Assembly (NCBI GenBank): GCA_028534125.1
Contig: CM052817.1
Location: 26,724,001 to 26,788,000 of the forward strand
Source: Lama glama
Taxonomy: Eukaryota
Direction: 5' to 3'
DNA: 64,000 nt
Positions 13,531 to 25,985 of the stretch are shown in pieces (positions within the stretch are counted from its first letter, which is position 1; the number at the start of each line of letters is the position of its first letter). The position numbers and the translations under genes are program-made. Below the pieces are notes generated by a model. That model had not been told where the DNA came from, made no database searches, and worked only from the letters and a program-made list of their open reading frames with translations.

Positions 13531-14379
13531 CAGAGTGTGAAGTTCTTTCCCCACAAAGTGCCCGAGGAATTCAGATGAAAAAAATGTTTAAGGTTTGCTG
13601 AGAGAGGTAAGAAACTGGAAAGGGCTGTTCTGGCCAGTTATTATCAAGGGCTAATTCAACTAAAGACAGCTGGGTATCAGTGTTTTATTTCTTCCTGCCC
13701 ACAAACATGATAACTAGAAAGACATTCATCAAAATAAATCTATACTATAACAAATAAATGTGGATGTTCTGGGGTTCATATTGTGAATTTTAACACATAA
13801 TTCTAACTGTGCCAAATTAGAACATCCAGTAAAATGATCTAAAAATTCTTGAGTCTCCCTTTAATCATTCAGTATATATATTTTGACTCACTATTACGTG
13901 GTACCAGGCAACAGAGACATAAAATTGAACTTACAAGCTTACAAATGACTAGGAAAGATAAAACAAATCCTTAATAATTGTAATATTTGACAGAATAGCA
14001 TGTTGTATTTATTTCCCCCAACAATTACTCAGGAGATTTTCTTGCTCTTGAAACAAAGCAGGGAGATAATGTTCATAATATTGGTTCCTTCCTGATCAGA
14101 TCTGTACTCCAGCCAAATTCTAGAACTAGATAGTTGCCAATGGGCTTCCTCTTGGTGAAAAAAAAAAAAAAGATAAAGTTTCTCAACAGAGACAAGTCAA
14201 GTACTCAGTGTTCTTCTCAGAGGAAAATCTTGCTGAAATGATAAAACCTCTACCGGTTATCAAGAGGCTTAGCTACATAGATAAACAATCTTGAGAGTCA
14301 GTAAAACCATGGTAGTATAAGGAAGGTGGTGTAATTTATCTTTGGAGTCTTTGGCATAAGATACAGGGATCAACAAAGC

Positions 14380-14815
14380 CCCTGCACTGCGGAAAAAGAG
14401 CTCAGGAGGACAGCAGATACGTACTTCCTCCTGCCCGTCTGCCTTCCCGTGTCTCCCAGTAAGAGACCTCTCCATGTCCCAGAACTTAGCGACAGGTCCA
14501 AGCATGGCACCATGCTGGTGAATCGAGTCCTTCTGGGGATGAGAAAGCTGTGGGGTTTTCCTTAGGAATGAGAGTTGTAAGAACAAAGAAACAACACAGA
14601 GGACAACAGGCTAAGAGATAAAGGGAGAAAAATAATCCTGATGATCTCTTTTAACTCCTTTGAGACAATCATTCTCAACCCTTTGGAATCTCCAGCTAAG
14701 TGAACATAGATGTGATTTTATGTATAGAATTTAATTTGATATATTTGTTTGATGATTCCTTAAGCTATCTGAGATTGGATTTCTTCACTTGCAACCAAAT
14801 GAATCCCAAATAGCA
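14380..14815 (+). mobile_element. Old MaLR LTR (MLT1I/J/K-like) fragment
   Basis: 3' end cttaagctatctgagattggatttcttcacttgcaaccaaatgaatccc matches old MLT1 termini; 5' boundary uncertain. Confidence 0.45.
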
Positions 14816-15136
14816 AACAGTCTCACTGTACCTCTCTTCCTTGGAATATATTATTGTGGGATAGGGTAACTAAGGTCACATAGTAATCTCACCTAACCCC
14901 AATTCACTCTTCTCACAGTTCAACAAATGTGCTCTGCAGGTCTCATAAAAAGCTGCCATTTTTCCTCCGCAATTCCTTTAGTAAAATTTTACTCTGCCTC
15001 TTTGACCTTAATGAAAAGGGCATTTCAGTGTTTTTGGTATAACAGAAGAACAGTGTCAATGTATCTTTAAAGAGAGGTGCTGACATTCAAACAGAAAATT
15101 AACAAAGGATATTCCAATAAAGAAGTCTCCTCCTAG

Positions 15137-15900
15137 GGTTTGGAGAAAAGGAAACCCTCCTACACTGTTGGAAGGAATGTAATTTGGTGCAGCCGCTATG
15201 GAGAACAGTATAGAAATTCCTTAAAACACCAAAAATAGACTTACTATGTGATCTAGCAATCCCACTCCTGGGCATATATCCAGAGAAAACTCTGATTCGA
15301 AAAGATACATGCCCCCCAATGTTCATAGCAGCACTATTTATAATACCCAAGACATGAAGGCAACCTAAATATCCACCCACAGATAAATGGATGAAGAAGA
15401 TGTAGTATGGGTATATATACACAATCAGATACTACTCCAGCCATAAAAAAAGAATGATACAATGCCATTTGCAGCAACATGGATGGACCTAGAGATTATT
15501 GTACTAAGTGAAGTCAGTCAGTCAGAAAAAGACAAATTTCATATGATATCACTTATATGTGGAATCTAAAAAATGATACAAATGAACTTATTTACAAAAC
15601 AAAGAGACTCACAGACACAGAAAACAAATTTATGGTTACCAAAGAAGAAGGTGGTGGAAGGCAGGGACAAATTAGGAGTTTGGGATAATCGGATACAAAC
15701 TAGTTTATATAAAATAGATAAACAAGTTCCTACTGTATAGCACAGGAAACTATATCCAATAGCTTATAATAACCTATATGAAAAAGAATATATATATATA
15801 GAGACACATACATACATTTATATAAAACTGAATGACTACCCTGTATATCAGAAACTGGCACAACATTGTAAATCAAATATACTTCAATTAAAAAAAAAAA
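15137..15900 (+). mobile_element. 5'-truncated younger L1 (cetartiodactyl/camelid type), ORF2 end, 3'UTR and polyA
   Basis: ggagaaaaggaaaccctcctacactgttgg...gcaacatggatggacctagagattatt...aaatatacttcaatt(A)n; TSD core ctcctcctag at 15127-15136 and 15906-15915. Confidence 0.92.
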
Positions 15901-16494
15901 AGAGGCTCCTCCTAGCAGTTCCTTATTTTGAACTTGTGAAAAGTTGTCACATCTCTCCCCCTCTCTGTCTCTCTCTCTCTAGTAAAAGCTTATAGAAAAT
16001 TCTCATGTTCATGGAGCGTTTTTTTTTACAATTATTAAAGCCAAATGCCACTGAAGTGCAGCTCCTAAAAGGCCCTATCACCTGTCAGTTCCATGTCTGT
16101 GCCTGCTATCCTGAGCAGTGTTAACTGGGATTGCTCAGAGGACACAGAAACAATTGATCATCCTCATTTTTCTATTTCCTTTTATTTGCCTCCCCTTTTC
16201 TCCCTTAGAAAAAAGACAGCGAGGACAGATAAGAATAAAGAACAAAACCTATTGGGAGGTAGCTTTTACAGAAAACTGTGGAAAATCTGTAAGAGAATTT
16301 TTGACCAGGGTTGAACCAGATCCGCACCTGTCTGAGCTAAGCAGCGGCTTACTCATAAATCTGCTTATCTATAGAGTAAAGCAAGGCTATCAGCAAGAAT
16401 GATGGCTCCAAGCTGTCATTTGGTCTAAATTATTATATATCAACCTTGGTTGAACAACCTTGGCTAGAGAACTTAAAAAAAAAAACCAACCCTA

Positions 16495-16582
16495 GAATTT
16501 GTGTAGGGTCCTAGGCCTTAGTAGTTTTTAACAGCTCCTCTGGGTGATTATAATATGCAGCCAAGGTCAAAACTACTCATCT
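16495..16582. mobile_element. MER5-like hAT MITE fragment
   Basis: ttttaacagctcctctgggtgattataatatgcagccaaggtcaaaactact resembles the MER5A end. Confidence 0.5.
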
Positions 16583-16714
16583 ATACAGACATCCAAACAA
16601 ACTCTTTACCCAACCATCGCAATTGTCCTGGGCAGTTTTGGCTATAACCAAAATGGCCACAAACAGTGCTAAGGCTGCTTACATTCTTTCTTCTCCACAA
16701 GCAGGTTAAGTACA

Positions 16715-16910
16715 GCTATCAGTTATGAAGTCTTTACTGCACATCACCTGTACTAAGCACCTTACATAATCATCTTGAATCCTTACAACCATTCTGAAAA
16801 CTAGTACCATTTCCAATTTCAGCATAAGAAACAGAGAAACGTAGCTGTAAAGGAATTTACTGCACAGCAAGTAAGTGGCACAGCGAGACCCCAATCCAAG
16901 TTTGCACTCC
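16715..16910 (-). mobile_element. MIR SINE
   Basis: atcatcttgaatccttacaaccattctg...cacagcaagtaagtggcacagcgagacccc. Confidence 0.7.
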
Positions 16911-17165
16911 CTCCACAGCCCCTCACCACTGGGTCTTTAATCCAAAGCTGGTATCCTTCTAACAACGTGTTAATACATGCCTATTTTAAACGCTAGTGAA
17001 GACTAAGAGAAATACGTATAAATACAAGTTTCCTTCATTTTATATTATGAACTATCAGTGCTGATTATTTTAAAAAATTTCTCCAATTCTAGAAAGAGAC
17101 AAATATGAACAGCGATTTTCAGCCTACCGTCAAAACTTTAATATCCATTTGCAATTTGAACTTAC

Positions 17166-17237
17166 TTCAGTGAGCAAGCTGGTTTTGCTTAGCCTGGTGA
17201 ATATACAGTTGGTTTGGACCACATATCAGCAGTGAAC
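17166..17237 (-). other. Candidate small non-coding exon
   Basis: Minus-strand donor GAA|GTAAGT (plus-strand acttac 17160-17165). Acceptor ttattctaaaag|G at 17237, or alternatively tttattttccaag|G at 17353. Stops in all three frames; unique DNA. Confidence 0.4.
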
Positions 17238-17453
17238 CTTTTAGAATAATACATATCCCAGGACACCAGTTACCAAAAATCGATGCTTCTTTAAATTCCT
17301 TTTCCTGAAGATGTTTAAGTTACTGTTAAATCTGGAAATTCTTCTTAGGGATCCTTGGAAAATAAACTATAGTACAGCAGTACAGCATTCTATTAAAAAT
17401 TGTTAAGTATGATAGTTGATATGATAGGTTTTAATTGCTAGAAAACATAAGGT

Positions 17454-17455
<2 letters not shown>

Positions 17456-17492
<37 letters not shown>
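17456..17492 (+). repeat. (CA)18 microsatellite
   Basis: Perfect ca repeat. Confidence 0.95.
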
Positions 17493-17495
<3 letters not shown>

Positions 17496-18609
17496 TTTCA
17501 TGTCTAACATAATGTATAAATTTGACTGTGATTTGGTACCTTCACAAACTGGAGATCTTACAATTAGCTTCAGATAAGTCCTATTCAGTTAGCTTATCCC
17601 TCTCTATGGCATTACGGCCTCACTCCTCGTGTTAATTATAGGTCCTCAATAAATACTTGTTGAATGAATACATAAATAAGAGGTGGGACTGCAAAGCAAA
17701 AATTAGGGGGAAACACTACCTCAAACAGAAAAACAAAACCCCACACAGTCATTAAAAATAAATCAAAGGGGGTGAATTTAAGATCCACAGCAAATGGATC
17801 TTACACATTAGCAAAAGGGCTTTTAGATTCCAAATATATCATTTATTTAAATTTTCAGGTATATCTTACTTGGTCATTCCTCCTTTGTTCTCCAAGCACA
17901 CTGTGTCTTTATCACCACAGACAGCATATTCTGCTTACATTATAGCCGGTGGTAGATACACGGTAGTCACAGCTACAAACAACATTCCTGAGGTTGGGGG
18001 TTTTGCTTCCATTCATCCATTCATTTGACTCATTCATTCATCCGTTGACTATGTTGTGCTTTGCCAGAGATGAGGTACGTAATGAATCAGCAAAATCACA
18101 GACATTCCACAGCTGGAGAACACCACCTGGCACTCCTCCTCTGGGAACAGCTTGAAGACCAAAAGATACGTCTTATTCCCAACCGTGTCCTCAAAGCCTG
18201 AACCACACCTTAGAAATCCTCTAGCTCAACCCCTCATTTCCTCGGTGACTGGATTATTTCTCAAGGTGATAAAGCTACTAGTTACTGGTAGAAACGGACT
18301 TCCTTTCTCCTAACTCAAAGTTCATGCAAAATCCATTTTCTGATTAATTTCAAATCAAATCATAACTCAAGTGACACTGTGATAGTTTCTTTTTGCTCAA
18401 GAGCCCACTAATGTCTTTACAACTACATCCCTTCAGTGTTTATTGGCAAAACACTGCATATTCATGGGAATGTTCTTCATAGTTGAGCACTGTGAGTTTT
18501 CCCACTTAGGTGAAGTCCTTAACTTCATAATAATGAAGATTAATAATTAATTGTGCTGTGTGTTAATATCTGAGTTACAAGCTTTATTATTATTTAATTT
18601 AGCATTCTT

Positions 18610-19400
18610 CTGTACTCCTAGGTATTGATCCAAGAGAAATAAAAATATTTGTCCACAAAGTCTTGTACAAGAATGTTTATAGCAGTGCTATTTATAATAG
18701 CCTAAAAACCTCAGTCATCTATCAATAGGAGAATGGATAAACAAACTGTGATACAGTCATACAATGGAGTACTGCTCAGTAACATCAGATACATGCAATG
18801 TCATGGCTTACTAGCTCATTAGCATAAAACATGCTGAGTAAAAGGAAGAGTACATGCTGGGGGAAAGAAAGAGTACATGCTGAGTGAATTCCATTTATAT
18901 GAGATTCTAAAACAGAAAAAACTGGTATGTGGTAGGAAATATCACATCAGTGGTTAACTCTGGGAGGTGGGGGTGAGGCAGGGAGAGGGTTGGGGCATGA
19001 AGAGAACTTTCTGGGGTGATGGTAATGTCTTTATCATGATAGGAGTTTGGGTTACAGCAGGGTATGTCTTTGTTAAACTCAGTAAATATGCACTTAAGAT
19101 TTATGCAAGTCATTTTATGCAAATTTTATCTTTAAAAACTCTAAACAATATTGAACATCAGAGAATGAAATGTTTCAGGCTAAGTGTCCCAATGTTTAGC
19201 ATTTTATTTTTGAAGACCATCAAAAAAATATGATAAATATATGGATTTAGGAGTGGACTGAGAGGTATATAAAGTGATAAAGCAAGTATAGCAAATGATA
19301 ATGGCAGAATTTAGGTTTTGGCTATGAGGACTTCACTGTAAAGTCCAAATTGGCTGTATGTTTGAAATTATAATAATAAAATGTTGGTGGAAAAAAGAGA
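18610..19400 (+). mobile_element. L1 (L1MC/L1MD-like) 3' fragment
   Basis: actcctaggtattgatccaagagaaataaaaatatttgtccacaaag...ggagaatggataaacaaactgtg...ttctggggtgatggtaatgtc...aataaaatgttgg. Confidence 0.85.
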
Positions 19401-19739
19401 CTTAAAAGAAGCATTCCCTGAGGGCCTTGTTCAAAGCCTTAATGAAGAAACCAACTTAAAAAAAAAAGAAAAAAAGAAAAGGTCAATCTTAGTATCTAAA
19501 TGACCTAGCAGTAAAACTGAGCTACAGCATGGGACTTGTAGTGGCTCTTCCAAAAACTCTGGAAACAGTCCATATCAAACTTTTGCAAATGTAGTTGAGT
19601 ATAGACATACCATTTTAGTTGATAGATTTGTCTTAAAAAATTTGGACGTAAATCAAATTTAGCAAAATAGAGACACTTCCATGCTGTTTAAAAAAAATTT
19701 TTTTTAAAGAGAAAAAAAAAAGGAAACCAACTATAAAAA

Positions 19740-20060
19740 GAAATTACTAAGACAACTAGGAAACGTGTATGTGAACTGGGTATTAGATATTAACAAGGCA
19801 TTACTGTTAATTTTGTTGGGTATGATCATAACATTGTGGTTGAAAAAGGTCCATATTTTTAAAGATGCATGTTAAAATACTAGAAACGAAAATAATATAT
19901 TTTATTTGCTTTAAATGACATAAATGGAGGAAAAGATAGATGACATAATGTAGCAAAATTTTAAAAGCTATTAAATCTGAAAAGTAGGCATATTGGAATT
20001 TATTGTATTTATTCCCTCTGAACGTCAGTGTATATTAGAAATATCTTGAATTTTTTTAAA
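19740..20060 (+). mobile_element. Old L1 (L1MC/ME-like) 3'UTR fragment
   Basis: gaactgggtattagatattaacaaggcattactgttaattttgttgggtatgatcataacattgtggtt. Confidence 0.6.
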
Positions 20061-21392
20061 CCAATTAGTATACACTTATATTAAGACTACAAAAATCAAA
20101 GGGCTAGACCTAAATTATAACACTCGGTAGTTGATGTAATAGTGTACTTCTTTCATTAAAAGTAATACTAGGATAAATTTCCTTTTTAAAATTAAAGTGA
20201 ATCTAAGTTCAATTTGTTACTAGAATTGTAAAAATTCTTATACTCCTTTAAATGAATTAGAAACACCCATGTTATAACTGCAGATCTTAGAACTATTGGG
20301 TTAGTCATATTAAATTAGAGATGTCATTCAGTCATTCATTCAATTACCCAATGAATGTCTCTCTTTTGCAAATTCTTGAGAAATATAATTATAACTATCA
20401 ATAAACATTCTGTATATAAAGATGGCATAATATCTTAAAATACTTTTTAGGGAAAAAAAAAACCCCACAGCTACTAGCTTTGCCTAAACAATTCTAACTC
20501 AAATGGTTGTGACATTTAAAAAATATAACCAATAAAATTTTCATCTCCTTGATCCTAAACAACTTGATTTAACTTTGTATTTAGTGAATTACTTGAGGTC
20601 TAAATGGACAGATTAGGTAGGTACAGCCTTAGTGAGATAGACACACAACACACAGGTGTCTGAATTTACCAAACGAATTAGAAGGTGATTTAGTTTATGT
20701 AACAAAATCATTTTTTTCTTTACAAAATGACCTACCCCCCAGTACTCTTTTTTGCTTCCTCAACACATTGAAAAGTCAATTGGTTTGCTAGATTTCCCTT
20801 TAACTGCAACTTTTCAGTAATAAATCCATCACAGAACACACAGTCTATGGTCCGTGACGTTCTCTGGTCTATGTCATGTCCCTTATTCAGGTTTCACTTG
20901 TTTATGAATTTCAAGTTCTAAGCTTCTGAAGAAGTGTCTGCAAGGTGAATATTTAAACTGGCCTCCGGAACAATTATGTTCTTCATTGAGTTCTACAATG
21001 TCAAAAAATAACAGCAATACAAAACAAGAGATCCCAGGTGACTGAAAGTTTAACTTGGAGTCCAAACGTGCATAGATCAGATTATGGCTTCATTTATGAT
21101 GAAGAATGAAATAAACACAGGGAAACACTCCGGGTCTTAATTTGAGCATAATCTAAATTTGAACTTGATCACTGCAACTTGAGGCCGTATATTTTGTTAC
21201 ATGGCCGTATCTTATGTAACATGAAGATAAAAGTTATAAGGAAGGTTGTCTGGCAAAGATGTGGAAAGCAGAGAGAAGGGTGGCATGTAAAACAGATCTA
21301 AGGGTTCTGCTGCTTACATTTCTAACCTCAGAGGGTGGAGTGGGGCACGGCCTCTATTTCATACTGTCAGATCCTGAACAAGTTATCAGCAT

Positions 21393-21586
21393 CAGGGCTG
21401 TCCAGCAGAATTTTCTGTGACGAGGAAACATTCTATATCTGCACTATCCAATACAGTGGCCACCTAGCAGGTGATTGAGCATTTGAAATGTACTAGTAAA
21501 CAAGGCATTAACTTATTATTTTTAATTAATTAAGCTTAAATAGTTGCATTGCTTGTGGCTATTAGCTACCATATTGGACAACACAG
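21393..21586 (+). mobile_element. MER3 (hAT-Charlie MITE)
   Basis: cagggctgtccagcagaattttctgtgacgaggaaacattctatatctgcactatccaata...gtggctattagctaccatattggacaacacag. Confidence 0.85.
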
Positions 21587-22152
21587 GTCTAGATTCATAG
21601 GGTAGCCCCTGGACAGAATAAGAGATTTATTAAGGCAGATCAGTAAGCCTTGAAATGCTGCATCCAGTCTGGTGGAAGGCAAGGAACTAACCTAATCAAT
21701 GCCCTTTCCATTCCAGTGGTGGGGACAAGATTCCAAAACCATTTAATGCACTATAAAATTTGGGGTCACCTTTTTCAAGGTTCAATAAAGGCTCAGATGA
21801 GAGTCAAATGAAGCTCAGTAGCTCAAGTGATGTTATTTTAGTCTTTTGGCTCTTCTTTCCAGAGGCAGGATTCACCTCCTGACACCAATATTAAGACTCA
21901 TGAAACGACCTCCACCAACTACATACACACCTCTGCCACAAGCCCCAGCACAGACACGTGCTCTTCCCCCGTCTCAGCCAACACCCTGATTCTGGCCTGT
22001 CAGCTCACCAGGATGAATATACACAAACGTCAAGTTTGGACATTTTTAACTGTTTTTGAGATAAGTTTGAAGCAGGTTTGCCTGCCTGGCTTCTTGGGTG
22101 GGTCTGCCACGTTGGACAAATCGCCTGTTGTCTTCTAATCATGTTGACTTAC

Positions 22153-22241
22153 TTCCCACAGGATATTTGTTTGATTTGTCTTTGTTGCTCTGTTCAGATG
22201 AGAGTACAGAACTTCACTCGATGAAGTGAGCCTGGTCTGAA
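22153..22241 (-). other. Candidate small non-coding exon
   Basis: Minus-strand donor GAA|GTAAGT (acttac 22147-22152). Acceptor cctgatttcccctcag| at 22241; alternative AGs at 22236 and 22189. Confidence 0.35.
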
Positions 22242-22520
22242 CTGAGGGGAAATCAGGCATGATGGAGGAAGCGGACAGACTTCCCGAGCTAGGACAGACT
22301 GATTCCCCAGCTAAGATGGTGTTTTTCCCATCTCTCTGCTGGGGAGGCAGGGAGCGGCAGGGAGAGAGATTAATGACTGCGTGTGAATCAGTCCCTGTTC
22401 CACGATATAGAACTTGAAAACAGTTGAATTTGTTAAGCCTGAATGTGGCATCAGAGGTGGTGACTAAAATCTGACTTTTTAAATCTTCCCTCTTCTTTCC
22501 CTCCCTGCCTTTGAAACGAG

Positions 22521-22584
22521 ACCTACAAAGACTCGAAATCAGAACCTAAAGCTGAGAGGGCAGAACAAGTGTAACAGAAGTATG
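22521..22584 (+). other. Candidate plus-strand (antisense) exon
   Basis: Pyrimidine tract cttccctcttctttccctccctgccttt, then AG at 22519-22520; donor ATG|GTGAGT at 22585. Confidence 0.25.
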
Positions 22585-23039
22585 GTGAGTCTGCACTGGG
22601 CAGGGGAATCCTCCCTAGAAGGTGGCCTCAAAGCAGAAGGAGGCTACATAGAGCTGAGGTCTGGAGGGTGTTTGGTGGCTGCTGACAGCCAGCGGCGGGG
22701 GGGGGGGGGGCAGGAATTGGAAGGAGAAGATTTCCTCCAGATCACGGATGAGGATCATCCATGAAAAGTGACTTGCAGGCTTGCCTTTGGGGGAGGAGGT
22801 GGTGGAGGAAGAGCTGTGGACACAAGTAATACCAGTCCAGGACATTCTGAAAAGCCTCAGAGGGTTCAAGAGTTTAAAAGTCTCACTAGCAGAATACAGT
22901 TGGAAGGTCAAAAACCTTCTTCCCATGGTCACTGCTTCCTGCTTCCTTCACTTTGGACAGTGTTTCCTATCTTTATCTTGTGGATTTGACCTTGAATTTC
23001 AGTGATTTCTAGGAGATCTTGAATTTCAGTGATTTTTAG

Positions 23040-23475
23040 AAATAATATTTTCATATACGTCTTCTGATTATACAAAAAAAATCAATGTACACCATGGAAA
23101 ACACAGAAACACACCATGTCACACCACACACACACACTCTGGGGTACAATAAGATGATTTCTTATTTAAGGTCATAGGGAAGAAAGAGGATATGACATGG
23201 AAATATGGATAATTAAATATAAAATTGTAAACTCTCTCTCATCATGGGTGGGAGTTTGGGCATCTGATTCTTCAGAGGCGTTCTTCTACATTATTTCTTT
23301 CAAACAAAACCCCCTCCGTGGGATTACTGGGTTAAGCATCTCTAAGGATCTTGCTATATGTTGCCAATCTGTTTTCGTACTACATCATACCCATTTGTGT
23401 GGCCACCAGACATGTGTGAGTAAGCTGATTCTTTCATGGCAGCAAAATGGTACCTCACTGTTGCTTTAATCTGCG
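23040..23475 (-). mobile_element. Old L1 fragments, antisense
   Basis: gtgggattactgggt...tgttgccaatctgttttc...ggtacctcactgttgctttaatctgc resembles antisense L1; very diverged. Confidence 0.45.
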
Positions 23476-24232
23476 ATACACCAGTATTTCTCTTTCGTGA
23501 ATTAGACTATTTCTTTCTACTTTTTTCTGTTGTTTTCCTTCTCAGATTCCATGATAAAACCTTGTGAATAGAACAATGAATTAATAAAATACTGCATTAC
23601 TTTTTTGTGTAGAAAATTCTTTCCCAGAAATTATCACCATGAACTGAATTTGTTCACATTCCACTCAAATTTCTTATTTTGGTCACAATTTTTATGTGGC
23701 CCAGAAACTGGCCGCTTGTGAAATATCTGTAAATGGCAGGTTCTCTACCAAAGAAGTGTTTATGGAGGGTAAAGGACTGCTAACTTCTGAAGGTGAATTA
23801 TAAAAACAAAAAAGGTTGTTTGTTGTTTGCTGCTTTTATTTTTCAGAATAAGAACAAGATTCTTTAGTCTTTCCTATGGCAAAGATAAAGAGGGGTTGAA
23901 CTGAAAACTTCATAAACCATGATCCTCTGATATTTAATTTTTCTATAGAATAACAGTACAATATCATAATCAGTGTTATTTCCTAGAATGAAAAACAAAA
24001 CAAAGCTTTCACCGTGCAAACACCAGAATGCTCCAGAGAATCATACGGTGCGACAGTACCAAAGACGAGATAGTAGCTGCGAGCGTGGACAAGTTTCTCC
24101 AAGTCACAGGCTAGCTGGGAGAAGGCCCAGGAATAAATCAGTTCCTTGATTCCTGGTCAGTGTTCTTTCCACAGCACCTCACTCCCTCAGAGCCTGATGT
24201 TTTCTATGAAAATATTTCTTTTTAAATTTCCA

Positions 24233-24363
24233 GGAGGGTGGGAGTGGGAGGGGAAAAGCTCAGTGGCAGAGCTCATGCTTAGCAGGTTCAATCTTCAGTA
24301 TCTCCATTAAAATGAATGAATGAATGAATGAACAAAATAATTAAAAATAAAATTAAATTAAAT
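24233..24363 (+). mobile_element. Camelid tRNA-derived SINE with internal deletion
   Basis: gggaggggaaaagctcagtggcagagctcatgcttagca|ggttcaatcttcagtatctccattaaaa, then (atga)n tail; imperfect TSD taaatttcca / taaaattcca. Confidence 0.85.
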
Positions 24364-25355
24364 TAAAATTCCAATGAAAACACCACCTTCATTAAATGAT
24401 GTAACTTTCTCTGACAAGTCAATTTAAGCAATAGCAGTGACTATACCTATGAACTGCTCTAATATTTTTTATTAAAAAATGAAAGCGTGGGCATTTCTTA
24501 CAGCTTTACAATAAGAAGCCATTTTATTAGAAAAGTAGAATGAAAGTTTTTGTTTTGTTTCTACTCAGAGGCAATGTTTGCATTTGTGATTGACACAGAG
24601 ATTGTGCTCACTTCAATAATGGCAAATTTAAATGATGAGGTTTCACAACCCTTAAGGGGAAGAAAAAGTCACATGTGATAGTGTTCAATACATTGAATTC
24701 ACTATTAAATAAGAGTCCAGTTCCATTCACATGTGCAAACTTCCTTCCAGGGAATCCTGTTTGAGAGGAAGGCAAACTTAGAGCTACAGGACACCCATGA
24801 TGTGCCAACTACTTTCATATACTGCATGTTATCTCAATTAATCAGTAACCACCAGAGGCTGGTAAATTTATGGGAAAAATGCCCCACAGAGAAAGCCACT
24901 GCACTGGGAAGAGCCAAGAGCTGAGCTGATGGCTGGCTCTTATTTTATTACACAGGACAAGATCAGTATGAGGTCAACCTCAGGACAGTGTTTTCTGTAC
25001 CGAGCTGGCATCCAAGGTACCTTTCTGGCTGACTCAGTGTCTCTGAGACCATCCTATCTGTAGCCACACTGTAATTGTCTTGGGTGCTGGAAACCACTTG
25101 ATTCTAATTCTTCTGTTGCCTGAAGACTTGACCCTTTGGTGAAGAAAAACAACAACTCCCATGGAGAAAGATAAAAAATGGCTTTGAATACTTCTCTCCA
25201 ATATTCCATCATGGAACTGTTATTCAGAACACAGCAATTTTGAGAATTAGAGAGATCTTGATGTCACCTGGACCAATCTCCACTCCAAAGAGCTGCCCTT
25301 TCTTCCAGCATCCCCAGGGAGTCCCCTAGTCTCGCTGATGAAGAGGACCCTCTGC

Positions 25356-25523
25356 TTGCGTGTGGTGGTGGGGGAGGTTGAGGGGATTATATAGCTCAGT
25401 GGTAGAGTATGTGCTTAGCAAGCACGAGGTCCAGACTTCAATCCCCAGGACCCCCATTAAAATAAATATAAGCAAACAAACAAACAAACCTAGTCTCCTC
25501 CCAAAAAACAAAACAAAACAGAG
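25356..25523 (+). mobile_element. Camelid tRNA-derived SINE
   Basis: tatagctcagtggtagagtatgtgcttagcaagcacgaggtcc...; perfect 14-bp TSD agaggaccctctgc (25342-25355 / 25524-25537). Confidence 0.93.
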
Positions 25524-25769
25524 AGAGGACCCTCTGCACACACAACTTGACCCCATGGCAACCTAATCTAGTACTTCTACAGCTCCAAAAGCTAAAAAAA
25601 TACCCAACCTAGTACATGTCTTTGTTTAGTTCTAAAGAAAATGCCCAATTTTCAGGAGGATGAGTTAAGGTTAGTCAACAATTTGTTTTAGGGCTCCTGC
25701 CTTTGCCTCAATTAGAATTGGAAAGATAATTAAAAGACACTATTTTCTGATGGCATGGGGAAACAGAAT

Positions 25770-25985
25770 GGACTTTAGGGGCAAACTAAACTGAGTGTGA
25801 AGGCAGATTCCAGGATTTACTAAATGATGTGGCTTTGTTCAAGGCTCTTGAGCTCTCAGTGCCTCAATTTCCCCATTTGTAAAGGGGGTTAATGAATCCT
25901 AGCTTACAGGAGTGTCTCAAGACTTGGGGATGACATACATATAGTACCTGGAGCAATGCCTGACACTTAGCAAGTGTACAATCAA
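25770..25985 (+). mobile_element. MIR SINE
   Basis: ctctcagtgcctcaatttccccatttgtaaaggggg...ggagcaatgcctgacacttagcaagtg. Confidence 0.75.

Noticed and set aside
18828..18886. Three near-copies of (aagagt)acatgctg with short spacers, superficially CRISPR-like
   Set aside because: Local tandem duplication within an L1 3'UTR in a mammalian genome; the spacers are related to each other and there are no cas genes.
20883..21065. 60-aa minus-strand ORF in unique DNA
   Set aside because: Non-ATG start, no convincing splice sites, and no recognisable protein.
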